This document shows positions 50,555-60,693 of a DNA stretch of 64,000 bases, in pieces. The position numbers were made by a program, and so were the translations under genes. Origin of the DNA: an uncultured Nitrospiraceae bacterium (GTDB taxonomy: Bacteria > Nitrospirota > Thermodesulfovibrionia > Thermodesulfovibrionales > Dissulfurispiraceae); NCBI GenBank assembly GCA_963705105.1, contig CAVPIW010000014.1, positions 1 through 64,000 on the forward strand, written 5' to 3'. Every line of letters starts with the position of its first letter. The first letter of the stretch is position 1. The notes beneath the pieces are model-generated. The model saw nothing but the letters and a program-made list of their open reading frames with translations. It did not search any database and had not been told where the DNA came from.

Positions 50555-50787
50555 CCGGAAGGGCGGGCCGAAGAGCCTCAAAGACTCGCTGACAGCGATT
50601 CTGCCGGGCGGGAAGGCTGATGTGGTGAAGAGCCTTTCCGCTAAGATACCTTGTTCATCCCCAGACCACCCTTTGCCCTGTCTATCGATATCAAAAGACC
50701 GTCAGGCAACAGGCGCTGAACACCTGGAGATGTCTCATCATCGCATTGGAAAGGGTTTGTACCATATCTGCCTTCCCGCCCGGCAGA
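50555..50787. repeat. Family-1 left end (50555-50598) abutting a complete family-3 element (50600-50787)
   Basis: Perfect 18-bp inverted repeat tctgccgggcgggaaggc/gccttcccgcccggcaga extending imperfectly to about 40 bp. Confidence 0.87.
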
Positions 50788-50952
50788 CTGAGGCCTGCGG
50801 GACGACGACATCGGCTGACAGCGTAGCGTGCCTTATGCTCCGGCCGGTGAAGACGACCGGGTGATCAGAGAGATCAGCGTTTCCCTGTCCCGAAGGGCTA
50901 TTTTCTCGACACCGTCCGTGTCGCAGCAGTCTCAGGAAAGGGACCGCAAAAG

Positions 50953-51090
50953 TGTTACTTCTTGTAACAGGCCCCGACGGTAAATTACTTTTCGTTACAT
51001 TCATTGCCGCCCGCTGTATCGCTGCAAACCGGCGATAATCCTTTTTTTGACCTGCATTGAACGACTTGTCTTTCTGGCATTCTATTTGCT
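50953..51090 (+). promoter_or_regulatory. Sigma54 promoter with upstream activator sites
   Basis: TGGCAT-N5-TTGCT at 51075-51090 (GG-N10-GC); palindrome TGTTAC-N5-GTAACA at 50953-50969 and a degenerate copy 30 bp downstream. Confidence 0.72.
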
Positions 51091-51458
51091 CGCTGATACA
51101 TAACATCGGTCGGCACTATTGTCTGCAGAGAAAGACCGAAAGAACGAATAGAAGGGAGGAGGTGGTACCAGAATGAGTCGACAGGATGGCGGGAGACCGT
51201 CCATCCTTTTGATCATCGGGAATCAGGCACCGCTTCAGGAGCGGCATATGCCGGTGTGCTTTCAGGGGTTACGTTACTGTGTTCATGTATTTAAGAATCC
51301 GGGTTCGATCTTGCATTCCGGAGCACGCGCACATCCTTCCATATGAGAAAACAGGAATTCGATCTGAGAAACGCTGCACGGTCGCCCGATGCCGTCACGG
51401 GCGGGCGACGCGTGAACGAAACGACTTGAAAGAACGGTAATCGTCAAAGGAGGGAATT

Positions 51459-52763
51459 ATGTCTGAACCGTTACAGCAAGTGCCAACCAAGGCGTGGATA
51501 GTAACCTTCGCCGGAACCGCCGTTAATCTTTGTCTTGGAATTCTGTACGCATGGAGCGTCTGGGCCAAGGCCCTCATCAACGAGAAAATGGTCGGCCAGC
51601 CCATGACCGGTATGAATGAAGGCTGGGTCTACCTCAACAACGCACAGGCCGCCACCCCCTTCTCACTCTGCGTCATCATCTTCGCGATCGTCATGATCGC
51701 AGGCGGCCGTATTCAGGACAAGTACGGCCCGAAAGTGGGCGCGACGCTCGGAGGCCTCTTCCTCGCCGGGGGCTGTATCATCGCCGGCATGATGAAGAGC
51801 TATGAGGGATTGCTCATCGGCTTCGGTGTCCTCGGCGGTATAGGTATGGGCATCGGCTATGCGGCCCCGACGCCTGCCGCGTTGAAGTGGTTCGGCCCCC
51901 ACAAACGTGGTCTCATCGCCGGTCTCGTCGTCGGCGGGTACGGAGGCGCGGCGCTGTACATCTCTCCCCTCGCCCAGTATCTGCTGAATAACTACGGTAT
52001 TTCGGGAAGCTTCAACATCCTGGGGATCTTCTTCGCCGTCGTCGTCCTGATCGCCGGTCAGCTCCTCGCCTGGCCTCCCGCCGGGTATGTGCCTCCGCCT
52101 CCTCCTGTGAAGCCCGGCTCAGCCGCCGCCGCCAAGAAGGCGATGACGGCCCATGACTGGTCGCCCGGTGAGATGCTGACGACCTGGCAGTACTACGCCC
52201 TCGTCATCCTCTTTATCGGTTCCACACAGTCGGGTCTCATGATCATCGCCAACGCCGCCAAGATCCTTGCCGAGGCCGCCAAGGCCGATCCGTTCCTCGC
52301 TGCCAACGCCTGGATCCTCGCCTCCTTCGGCGGTCTCATCAATGCCCTGGGAAGGGTCGGCACGGGTATGTATTCGGACAAGATAGGCCGCGCGAACGCA
52401 TACACCGTCAACTGCCTCGTTTCGGCGGCCTGCCTCTTCGCCATGCCGTACATCGTCACGACAAAGAGCATCTTCCTGCTCTTCCTGGCTATCGGTATCG
52501 CCTACTGGCAGTACGGCGGCGGACTCTCTCTCCTGCCGGCCTTTACGGCGGACTTTTACGGCGCCAAAAACATGGGCTTCAACTACGGTCTCGTGTTCCT
52601 CGGGTGGGGATTCGGTTTCTTTATGGCGAGACTGGCAGGAACCATCAAGGACATGACGGGCAGCCTCGACTATGCCTACTATATTTCAGCGGGTGTTCTC
52701 GTCTTTGCGGTCGTCGTCTGCCGTATCACGAAGCGGCCTCTCTGGTCGACACGAACAGCGTAG
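51459..52763 (+). CDS. OFA-family (oxalate/formate antiporter-like) MFS transporter
   Basis: LGILYAWSV, GGRIQDKYGP, ALKWF...RGLIAGLVVGGYG, DFYGAKNMGFNYG. Confidence 0.9.
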   Translation: MSEPLQQVPTKAWIVTFAGTAVNLCLGILYAWSVWAKALINEKMVGQPMTGMNEGWVYLNNAQAATPFSLCVIIFAIVMIAGGRIQDKYGPKVGATLGGLFLAGGCIIAGMMKSYEGLLIGFGVLGGIGMGIGYAAPTPAALKWFGPHKRGLIAGLVVGGYGGAALYISPLAQYLLNNYGISGSFNILGIFFAVVVLIAGQLLAWPPAGYVPPPPPVKPGSAAAAKKAMTAHDWSPGEMLTTWQYYALVILFIGSTQSGLMIIANAAKILAEAAKADPFLAANAWILASFGGLINALGRVGTGMYSDKIGRANAYTVNCLVSAACLFAMPYIVTTKSIFLLFLAIGIAYWQYGGGLSLLPAFTADFYGAKNMGFNYGLVFLGWGFGFFMARLAGTIKDMTGSLDYAYYISAGVLVFAVVVCRITKRPLWSTRTA

Positions 52764-52802
52764 CCTTACTAACTTTCGGCACCTAACCACCTCTTTTTCC
52801 GT

Positions 52803-52839
52803 AACCGGGGAGACGGCAAATCTCCCCGGTTTCTTTTTT
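52803..52839 (+). terminator. Intrinsic terminator
   Basis: aaccggggaga-cggcaaa-tctccccggtt followed by a T run. Confidence 0.85.
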
Positions 52840-52862
52840 ATGCGCCACTCCGGCAAGGCTCT

Positions 52863-53300
52863 CCTTATCGTTGCAATACACTTCCGGGAAAGGCGGGGCG
52901 TATGCGCCGACAACCTTGCTGCGGCGACACCATAACTCTCACAGAAGACAACTTTTCTAACCAATGGTCGACCACACAAAGAGTGGAATCCTGAAAGACA
53001 AACCTGACGAGGCGTATCGTCGCCTTCAGCAAGGCTTTGAGGCGCTTCGCCACGCCTTTCTATGCAACTGCAAGGTTATCTGTCCCCAGACCACCCTTTG
53101 CCGTGTCTGTCGATACCAAATGCCCGTGAGGCAACGGGCATTGAACACCTTGAGATGTCTCATCATCGCATTGGAAAGGCTTTGAACCATATCTGCCTTC
53201 CCGGAGGAAGCAGTCGTGACACCGACACTGTCACTCACACTGTCACTGACACTGTTTGTTCAGAGCGTTTTGCCCCGCCTTTTCATGAAACTGCAAGGGT
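52863..53300. repeat. Composite repeat: inverted family-1 copy (52863-53076) + family-3 lacking one end + hexamer tract + family-1 end
   Basis: Segments match 29431-29644 (inverted), 50660-50777 and 48545-48651 (inverted). Confidence 0.88.
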
Positions 53301-53355
53301 TATTCGGAGTTCTGCAGGGCGGGAGGCCCCGATTCCGATGTGATATAATTGAGCA

Positions 53356-54402
53356 ATGGAAGCGGACCACCTGTATGAACTCATAAAATCAAGTCTGCCC
53401 GTCGGCCTGTCCGTCGTCGACAAGAACAGGATCATCGTCGATTTCAATGCTGCGGCCGAAAGGATCACCGGATACTCGCGGGAGGAAGTGATCGGCAGAC
53501 CCTACGTCAGCGTTCTTCATGACGGAGCCGGCACGGAGGACTGTCCCCTCATCAGGCATGCCTTTGAACAGCGGGAGCAGGCCGTCGCCACCGAAACGAA
53601 CCTGAGAAGAAAATCGGGAGAAATGATCGTCGTCTCATCGACGATATCGCCGATTTACGACAAGGAAGGGATTTTCATCGGAGGGATCGAGCTCTTTACC
53701 GACATCACCGGGGCAAAGAGGGCCGAGAGGGAACGGAAAAACATCCTGTCCATGTTTGCCCATGACATGAAGAACCCCGTTCTCGCCGTCGGGGGATTTC
53801 TCGCGAGGCTTCTGGCCGGCAAGGCCGGTCCGCTGACGGATATGCAGCGTCAGCACCTGGACCTTATCGCCGAAGAGCTCTCCAGGCTGGAAGAGCTGAT
53901 CACGGATTTCCTCGAGTTCTCGAAGTTCGAAAAGCAGGAATACAGGCCGGAGCTGAAGCCCTTCAATATCGAAATGGGCGTTTACAGGCATATCGAGACG
54001 GCGCGGGTGATCGCCGAGAAGAAGAACATCACCATCGTCTTTGAACTGCCCGATGATTTCTCCCCTCTTATCCTTGCCGATGCGATGCTCGTCGACAGGG
54101 TCGTCGCCAACCTCCTTGACAATGCCATCAAATATACGAACCCCGGGGGACTTGTCATTCTGAAGGTTTTTGAGAGTGGGGAGGAGATCCAGGTCCAGGT
54201 GTGCGACACCGGGATCGGTATCCCCGAGGACAGGCTCCCCTATATTTTTGACGCCTTCTACCGCATTCACCGTGACACCAAGGGCTCAGGCCTGGGCCTG
54301 ACCATCGCCAAGATGATTGTCAATGCGCACGGCGGCCGGATCTGGGTCGAGAGCGTTCCCGGAAGAGGGAGCGTTTTCCACTTCACCCTGCCCAAGCACT
54401 GA
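53356..54402 (+). CDS. PAS-domain sensor histidine kinase
   Basis: FNAAAERITGY, FAHDMKNP, NLLDNAIKY, DTGIG, GSGLGL. Confidence 0.93.
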   Translation: MEADHLYELIKSSLPVGLSVVDKNRIIVDFNAAAERITGYSREEVIGRPYVSVLHDGAGTEDCPLIRHAFEQREQAVATETNLRRKSGEMIVVSSTISPIYDKEGIFIGGIELFTDITGAKRAERERKNILSMFAHDMKNPVLAVGGFLARLLAGKAGPLTDMQRQHLDLIAEELSRLEELITDFLEFSKFEKQEYRPELKPFNIEMGVYRHIETARVIAEKKNITIVFELPDDFSPLILADAMLVDRVVANLLDNAIKYTNPGGLVILKVFESGEEIQVQVCDTGIGIPEDRLPYIFDAFYRIHRDTKGSGLGLTIAKMIVNAHGGRIWVESVPGRGSVFHFTLPKH

Positions 54403-54492
54403 CCACGCATTTCCCCGCTGCCGAGTCCCGCAGCGGCGCCATGTTATAATAATCATTGAAGTTTGAGGCTTCATTATTTCGGAGGCATACAG

Positions 54493-54798
54493 ATGAGCAA
54501 ACACGAAGAAATCAAAAAAGTGGCATTCGAGATTTTTGAAAAAAGCGGCAGGACCCACGGCAGTGACCTCGATCATTGGTTCGAGGCGGAGCGCATCGTG
54601 CATGAGCGGCGCATGGTAGCGACCCCGCCGGCTGAAGAGGCTCAGGTTCAGCCTGCTTCTGACACTCCTGCCCCGGCGGAAGAGAAAAAAATCGTCGGGA
54701 CGAGGAGAAAAACCGCCGCAGAGAAGAAACCGGCGGAGCCGAAAAAGACGAAAGCGAAAACAGCGACGACGACAACGAGACGCAAGAAGACTGAATGA
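54493..54798 (+). CDS. DUF2934-like small protein with Lys/Thr-rich tail
   Basis: EEIKKVAFEIFEKSGRTHGSDLDHWFEAE; GGAGG RBS. Confidence 0.8.
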   Translation: MSKHEEIKKVAFEIFEKSGRTHGSDLDHWFEAERIVHERRMVATPPAEEAQVQPASDTPAPAEEKKIVGTRRKTAAEKKPAEPKKTKAKTATTTTRRKKTE

Positions 54799-55805
54799 GA
54801 GAGGCCCTCTTTTACGAGAATATCGGCGACGGAAAGGTCCGCTGCTTTCTCTGCGCCCAGCATTGCACGATCTCTCCGGGAAAGAGGGGAATATGCTCCG
54901 TCAGGGAGAACAGGGACGGGACGCTCTTCAGCCTCGTCTACGGGCGGATCATCGCCGGGAACATCGATCCGATCGAGAAGAAGCCCCTCTTCCATTTCCA
55001 CCCGGGGTCGCGGTCCTATTCCATCGCCACCGTGGGGTGCAACTTCAAATGCATGCACTGCCAGAACTACGACATCTCCCAGTACCCCAAGGAGCATGAC
55101 GATATCCCGGGCAGGGACGTGACGCCGGAGGACGTCGTCGATGAGGCTTCTGCGAGCGGCTGCGCGAGCATCTCCTATACATACACGGAGCCGACGATTT
55201 TCCTTGAGTTCGCCTATGACTGCGCAAAGCTCGCCCATGAGCGGGGGATAAAAAATGTCTTCGTGAGCAACGGGTACACGGGCCCCGAGGCGACGAGGTT
55301 CATCGCGCCTTACCTGGACGGAAATAATATCGACCTGAAGGGTGACGACCGGTTTTACAAGAAGGTCGTCGGCGCGCGGCTCCAGCCGGTCCTCGAGACG
55401 ATCCGTCTCATGAAGGAGCTGGGCGTCTGGATCGAGGTGACGACCCTCGTCATCCCCGATTACAACGACTCGGAGGAGGTCCTTACGGGGATCGCCCGGT
55501 TCATTCATTCCGTCGATCCCGCCATCCCCTGGCACGTCACCCAGTTCTACCCGACCTATCACCTCCTCGACAAGCCGAGAACGCCCATGGCGACGCTGAG
55601 AAAGGCGCGGGACATCGGCCTCGGGGCGGGGCTGAAATACGTCTACGAGGGGAATGTGCCCGGTGAGGGAGGCGAGAATACATACTGCTCTTCCTGCGGA
55701 GACCTGCTCATCGGACGCTTCGGCTATCATTTGGGCACGATAGGCATGCAAAACGGACACTGCAGGAAATGCGGAGTTGCCGTCGACGGTGTCGGCATGC
55801 CCTGA
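54795..55805 (+). CDS. amrS: AmmeMemoRadiSam system radical SAM enzyme
   Basis: DPIEKKPLFHF, GCNFKCMHCQN, YTYTEP, VYEGNVPG. Confidence 0.9.
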   Translation: MREALFYENIGDGKVRCFLCAQHCTISPGKRGICSVRENRDGTLFSLVYGRIIAGNIDPIEKKPLFHFHPGSRSYSIATVGCNFKCMHCQNYDISQYPKEHDDIPGRDVTPEDVVDEASASGCASISYTYTEPTIFLEFAYDCAKLAHERGIKNVFVSNGYTGPEATRFIAPYLDGNNIDLKGDDRFYKKVVGARLQPVLETIRLMKELGVWIEVTTLVIPDYNDSEEVLTGIARFIHSVDPAIPWHVTQFYPTYHLLDKPRTPMATLRKARDIGLGAGLKYVYEGNVPGEGGENTYCSSCGDLLIGRFGYHLGTIGMQNGHCRKCGVAVDGVGMP

Positions 55806-55999
55806 AAACAGCCGCCAATCGATGCAGGTTACAATGCCAGTCATTCCGGCCATACACAGTTTGTCATTCCCGCGTCCAATACGGGAATATGTCTCACGCA
55901 AAGTCGCAAAGAGCGCAAAGAAAAACAGGGTAGTGTCATCGGAAGGAGAAAATATATCGGGCCGTTCAGGGAACGGCCCCTGCATGGACAAATGATTCT

Positions 56000-56806
56000 T
56001 CATTCGACGGGCGTGCCCGGGATGACCTGCACCTTCACATCGATGACACCCGGAACGGTGCTGACGATCTGGGCGATCTCAAGGGCCATTTCTTCTTTTG
56101 CGTCAGCCGGCGCCTTCACGGATACATAGATCACGCCCTTTTCGGCAGAGACCTCTGCGTCCGGCTTCAGATCGATGATCGATACCTTTGCGAGGGCTGA
56201 CAGAACCAGGTCGTCCATAGCCGACTGCGATGCCCGCGTCGTCTCGAACCGCTTCATCCCGGCGGTGTAACAGATGATGTCGGCGGCCTCTTCCACGGAG
56301 AGCGACTTGACGTTGATGACGAGGTCATAGAGGCTCGGGTTTCTGGTGTTGACGCCGTAAAGAAACTTCCCCCACTTCAACCGCTCTTCATCGATGTTTT
56401 CGAGAAAGCGAATCGCCTCTTTCCGCGATATCTTTTCCTGATCCATCACTATTTTGATGCGGTCTTCGAGGTCTGCGATTATGCGGACCTTGAGGACGTG
56501 AGAAACCCCCTTCAGGAAGAAATGACCGGCAAAACCGTGATACACGACGTTGTTCTTCTGGACGCGCTTGAGGAGCGCCGCCTGGATGAAGGCGACGTAC
56601 CGTTCCTTTCCATAGGCATACCGGGTAAACATGGAAGGCGCGTCGGAGATCGCCTGAAGGAGCTTTGCCGCCGGGATATTGAAGTCCTCCGACGCCTCGA
56701 GGAGGATTTCTCTGGCTATGCACTCATAGCCGAGCCGCCGTGCAATCAGTTCGGCCACCTCTTTTCCTCTGCTGTATGATCCTCTTGAAATCGTGATAAC
56801 TGCCAT
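56000..56806 (-). CDS. Cytidylate kinase-like family protein with C-terminal BON-like domain
   Basis: MAVITISRGSYSRGKEVAE, LKVRIIA, SLYDLVIN. Confidence 0.85.
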   Translation of the reverse strand: MAVITISRGSYSRGKEVAELIARRLGYECIAREILLEASEDFNIPAAKLLQAISDAPSMFTRYAYGKERYVAFIQAALLKRVQKNNVVYHGFAGHFFLKGVSHVLKVRIIADLEDRIKIVMDQEKISRKEAIRFLENIDEERLKWGKFLYGVNTRNPSLYDLVINVKSLSVEEAADIICYTAGMKRFETTRASQSAMDDLVLSALAKVSIIDLKPDAEVSAEKGVIYVSVKAPADAKEEMALEIAQIVSTVPGVIDVKVQVIPGTPVE

Positions 56807-56866
56807 CTCAACCTCCTCCGGGGGCTCTGCAACAATGTGGTTTGCTCAACGCCATCGGCGCGCTCC

Positions 56867-57406
56867 TTACAGGAGTTCCTCGATTTTCTTTATCATCTCG
56901 GCGCCCGACCAGTCCTGCTCACCAAAGAACTTCTCGACGATGAGACCTTTACGGTCGATGATAAAGGCAGTCGGCACCATGAATACCTTGTATGAGCGGG
57001 AGACGGTCAGCGAGCTGTCGATGAGCACCGGGAAACCGAGCGGGTTCTTGCTGACGTAATCCGTAACGGCCGACGTGGACTTGTCCGTCGATATGCCGAT
57101 AACGACGAGTCCTTTCCCCTTGTATGCCTGGTTCAGCCTGTTGAGGGAGGGGAGCTCGACCTTGCAGGGCGGGCACCAGGTGGCCCAGAAATTGAGTATG
57201 ACCACATTCCCCTTGTATTTCGAAAGAGAGACCTGGTTGCCCTGGATGTCTTTCGCGCTGAAGTCCGGCGCCTTGTGGCCGGAGAGTTTCTCGGCGGCGA
57301 AGGGCGAGGGAGGCTGGGCGAAAAGGTCCGGGCAAAGCATCAGGAAGACGGAAGCCATGACAAGGGTCATGCAGATGCAGAAAAATCCTCCCCTTCTCCC
57401 TCTCAT
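56867..57406 (-). CDS. TlpA/ResA thiol-disulfide oxidoreductase
   Basis: APDF, LNFWATWCPPC, VPTAFIID. Confidence 0.92.
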   Translation of the reverse strand: MRGRRGGFFCICMTLVMASVFLMLCPDLFAQPPSPFAAEKLSGHKAPDFSAKDIQGNQVSLSKYKGNVVILNFWATWCPPCKVELPSLNRLNQAYKGKGLVVIGISTDKSTSAVTDYVSKNPLGFPVLIDSSLTVSRSYKVFMVPTAFIIDRKGLIVEKFFGEQDWSGAEMIKKIEELL

Positions 57407-57486
57407 ACGCTCCTCCCGCGTCAGCCCTGATTCCGGCGCCGCCTTCGTCCCTGAAAACCCTCAATCCCCCTGCTTCGGCCCGTCTC

Positions 57487-58359
57487 CTACAGCAGGCCTG
57501 CTTTCTTCAATACAGCGCTGAGCTTCTCCTTGTTGGCCGACGCCATCTCGCAGAGGGGGAGCTTGAACTCCTCGCGGATCTTCCCCATGAGGGCCAGGGA
57601 TGTCTTGACCGGGATGGGGTTCGTCTCGATGAACATGGCGTAGTTCAGCGGCTCGAGCTTGTAATGCAATGCCCTCGCCTTTGCGATGTCTCCTGCCATC
57701 CAGGCATTATACATCTCGGCGGAATCTTTGGGAGCGATGTTCGCCGTGACGGAGATCGCCCCGTGACCGCCCAGGGCAAGGAGGGGCAGGGTGGTGAAGT
57801 CATCGCCCGAAAGGATCGTCAGCCTGTCTCCGCAGAGCCTGATGAGCTCGCTCGCCTGCTTCATGTCGCCCGTCGCTTCCTTGACGGAGACGACGTTCTT
57901 CAGTTCCGTCAGGCGGGCGACCGTCGAGGGCATGAGGTTGACGGCGGTCCTTCCCGGCACATTATAGAGCACCATCGGGATGTCGACCACGTCGGCGATC
58001 GCCTTGTAATGGCGGTAGAGCCCCTCCTGCGTCGGCTTATTGTAATAGGGGGTGACAAGGAGAGCGCCGTCGACCCCCAGCTCCTTCGCCTTTTTCGTTA
58101 TCGTTATCGCCTCATCCGTCGAGTTCGCCCCGGTGCCGGCGATGACGGGGAGGCGCTTGTTGGCGGCCTTGACGGCGACCTCGATGACCCTGTAATGCTC
58201 CTCATAGTCGAGCGTCGAGGCCTCGCCCGTCGTCCCGCAGGGAACGATCCCGTGGGTACCCTGGGAGATATGCCATTCGATGAGGTCACCATAGGCCTGT
58301 TCATCGAAGACGCCGTTTTTGAAGGGTGTGACGATAGCGACAATGGATCCTTTGAACAT
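57487..58359 (-). CDS. dapA: 4-hydroxy-tetrahydrodipicolinate synthase
   Basis: GTTGE, PYYNKP, LYNVPGRT, KEA, ETNPIPVK. Confidence 0.97.
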   Translation of the reverse strand: MFKGSIVAIVTPFKNGVFDEQAYGDLIEWHISQGTHGIVPCGTTGEASTLDYEEHYRVIEVAVKAANKRLPVIAGTGANSTDEAITITKKAKELGVDGALLVTPYYNKPTQEGLYRHYKAIADVVDIPMVLYNVPGRTAVNLMPSTVARLTELKNVVSVKEATGDMKQASELIRLCGDRLTILSGDDFTTLPLLALGGHGAISVTANIAPKDSAEMYNAWMAGDIAKARALHYKLEPLNYAMFIETNPIPVKTSLALMGKIREEFKLPLCEMASANKEKLSAVLKKAGLL

Positions 58360-58392
58360 TTCAGACCTCCCTGGAAATAGAGTGTGAAAAAT

Positions 58393-59238
58393 TTACAGGC
58401 CGATGGTGCCGACGAAGACCTCGACGGCAGGACCGGTCATGGTGACACGGTTGTCCGGCCGCCAGGCGATGACAAGTTCTCCTCCGGGAAGGTGCACCGC
58501 CGTCGTCCTTTCGGTCAATCCCTTCAGCATCGAAGCGACGCCCGCCGCCGATGCCCCGGTGCCGCAGGCGAGCGTTTCCCCGGCTCCCCTCTCCCAGACC
58601 CTCATGGAGATGCTCGTCTTCCCGTCAAGCCGCACAAATTCCACGTTCGTCCTGCGGGGGAACAGGGGATGGCGTTCGATCAGGGGTCCATAGACCGGGA
58701 CGGGATAGCCTGACAGATCTTCGTCGATGAATATGACCGCGTGGGGGTTCCCCATGGACAGGCATGTGATCCTGAATTCCCTGTCCCGGATGGGAAGCGG
58801 ATAATCAACGATCTTTCCGCCTGCCTCGCTCGCGGTTATGTTCACTGGTATGCGCTCCGGCTCGAAGACCGGTTCTCCCATGTCGACGCGGACGAGGTCG
58901 CCGGCCCGCTCGGGCCGGATGATGCCGGCGGGGGTCTCGATGTCGAGCACTGCTTTGCCGGAAAGGCGGCGGTCCCAGATATACCGGGCGAGACACCTGA
59001 TCCCGTTGCCGCACATCTCGACTTCGCTGCCGTCGGCGTTGAAGATTTTCATCGCGAAGTCGGCTTTTTCGGAACGGCGGAGGAGAAGGATCTGGTCGGC
59101 GCCGATGCCGAAGCGCCTGTCGCAGAGGTGTGACGCGCGGCCGGCGATCCCGCCGATGGCCGGGTCGTCCCAATCCCGGCAGTCGATGACGATGAAATCG
59201 TTGCCGAGGCCGTGCATTTTCGTAAAAGTGATGTCCAT
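58393..59238 (-). CDS. dapF: Diaminopimelate epimerase
   Basis: FTKMHGLGNDF, EMCGNGIRC, MGNPH, ERGAGETLACGTG. Confidence 0.97.
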   Translation of the reverse strand: MDITFTKMHGLGNDFIVIDCRDWDDPAIGGIAGRASHLCDRRFGIGADQILLLRRSEKADFAMKIFNADGSEVEMCGNGIRCLARYIWDRRLSGKAVLDIETPAGIIRPERAGDLVRVDMGEPVFEPERIPVNITASEAGGKIVDYPLPIRDREFRITCLSMGNPHAVIFIDEDLSGYPVPVYGPLIERHPLFPRRTNVEFVRLDGKTSISMRVWERGAGETLACGTGASAAGVASMLKGLTERTTAVHLPGGELVIAWRPDNRVTMTGPAVEVFVGTIGL

Positions 59239-59239
59239 A

Positions 59240-60493
59240 TCAGCCCAGCTCCGGAATCCTCTCGCCGCTGACGAGGTCCTCATAGGTTTCACGCTGCCGA
59301 ATCACGGCGTATTCCCCACCCTTTACCATCACCTCGGCGATGCGCGGCCTGCTGTTGTATGTCGACGACATGGTGTATCCATAGGCCCCCGCGCTCATGA
59401 CGGCGAGGTATTCACCCTTTTTCACCCCTGCCATCTCCCTGTCCTTGGCGAGAAAGTCACCCGATTCGCAGATGGGACCGACGACATCGGCGACGATCCC
59501 GGCGCGCCGTCTCTTCACGACGGGCTGTATATGGTGATAGGCGCCGTACAGGGAGGGCCGCATGAGGTCGTTCATGCCGGCGTCGACGATGACGAACTCC
59601 TTGTCCTCTCCCTTCTTGAGATAGAGAACCCTGGTCACGAGGATGCCGGCGTTCCCCACGACCGACCGGCCCGGCTCGAGCACGACGGTGACGTTTCTTC
59701 CCCGGAGCAGGGGGAGTATGCTCTCGGCGAGCTGGTCCGGCCGGGGCGGTGTCTCGTCGCGGTAGGTAATGCCGAGGCCTCCTCCGATGTCGATATACCG
59801 TATCCCGATCCCCTGCCCCGTCAGCTCGTCGTGCAGCAGGAGGACCCTCTTGAGCGCGTCGACAAAGGGAGAGACCTTCGTGAGCTGCGACCCGATGTGC
59901 TTGTGGATGCCGATGACTGAAATGTGCCTCAGCGCCCGTGCGAGCCTGTAATGCTCCAGGGCCTCGCCGATGGGGATGCCGAACTTGTGCTTTTTCAGCC
60001 CCGTCGAGATATAGGGGTGCGTCTGGGGATCGATGTCGGGATTGATGCGGAGGGCGACGGGCGCCTTCTTCCCCATGAGTCCTGCGACCCTGTCGATTTC
60101 CCTCAGTTCGTCCTCCGACTCGACGTTGAACATGAGGATTCCGCTGTCGAGGGCGTACCGTATCTCCTCTTCCGTCTTGCCCACGCCGGCGTAGACGATC
60201 CTGTCTGCGGGCACACCCGCCCTGAGGGCCCTGAAAAGTTCACCGCCCGAGACCACGTCGGCGCCTCCGCCGTGTCGTGCGAAGAGATTCACGATGGCGG
60301 CATTGGAATTCGCCTTCAGGGCGAAGCAGACGAGATGCGGAAATCCGTCGAAGGCATGCTCATAGGCGAGGAAATGCCTGAGCAGGGTATTGTAACTGTA
60401 AATATAGAGGGGCGTGCCGTATGCGTCGGCAATGTGCCGGACCGGTACGTCCTCCACGAATAACTCATTGTTTCGATATTGAAATAAGTGCAT
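59240..60493 (-). CDS. lysA: Diaminopimelate decarboxylase
   Basis: FALKAN, HIGSQ, GGGLG, EPGR, GPICESGD, AGAYG. Confidence 0.97.
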   Translation of the reverse strand: MHLFQYRNNELFVEDVPVRHIADAYGTPLYIYSYNTLLRHFLAYEHAFDGFPHLVCFALKANSNAAIVNLFARHGGGADVVSGGELFRALRAGVPADRIVYAGVGKTEEEIRYALDSGILMFNVESEDELREIDRVAGLMGKKAPVALRINPDIDPQTHPYISTGLKKHKFGIPIGEALEHYRLARALRHISVIGIHKHIGSQLTKVSPFVDALKRVLLLHDELTGQGIGIRYIDIGGGLGITYRDETPPRPDQLAESILPLLRGRNVTVVLEPGRSVVGNAGILVTRVLYLKKGEDKEFVIVDAGMNDLMRPSLYGAYHHIQPVVKRRRAGIVADVVGPICESGDFLAKDREMAGVKKGEYLAVMSAGAYGYTMSSTYNSRPRIAEVMVKGGEYAVIRQRETYEDLVSGERIPELG

Positions 60494-60693
60494 GCGATGT
60501 CTCCCCGCCGTCCAGGACAGGACCCGTCAGGACAGGACGGACAAAGAGGGAAGGGCCTGCTCACCGGGGTCATCGGGCCATCCCGCCCTCGTTTGATTTT
60601 TTTCTTATTTTTTAACATACTATTCATCAAAAGTCAAAGGAATACCGCATTTTCCCCACATCCTGCAAAGAGAGGTCAAAAGAGAAAGGCACT

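Noticed and set aside
29381..53343. Similar short ORFs at 29381-29641, 45946-46182, 52865-53343 and 50466-50864 as a protein family
   Set aside because: They are translations of the non-coding repeats; frames and starts are not preserved between copies
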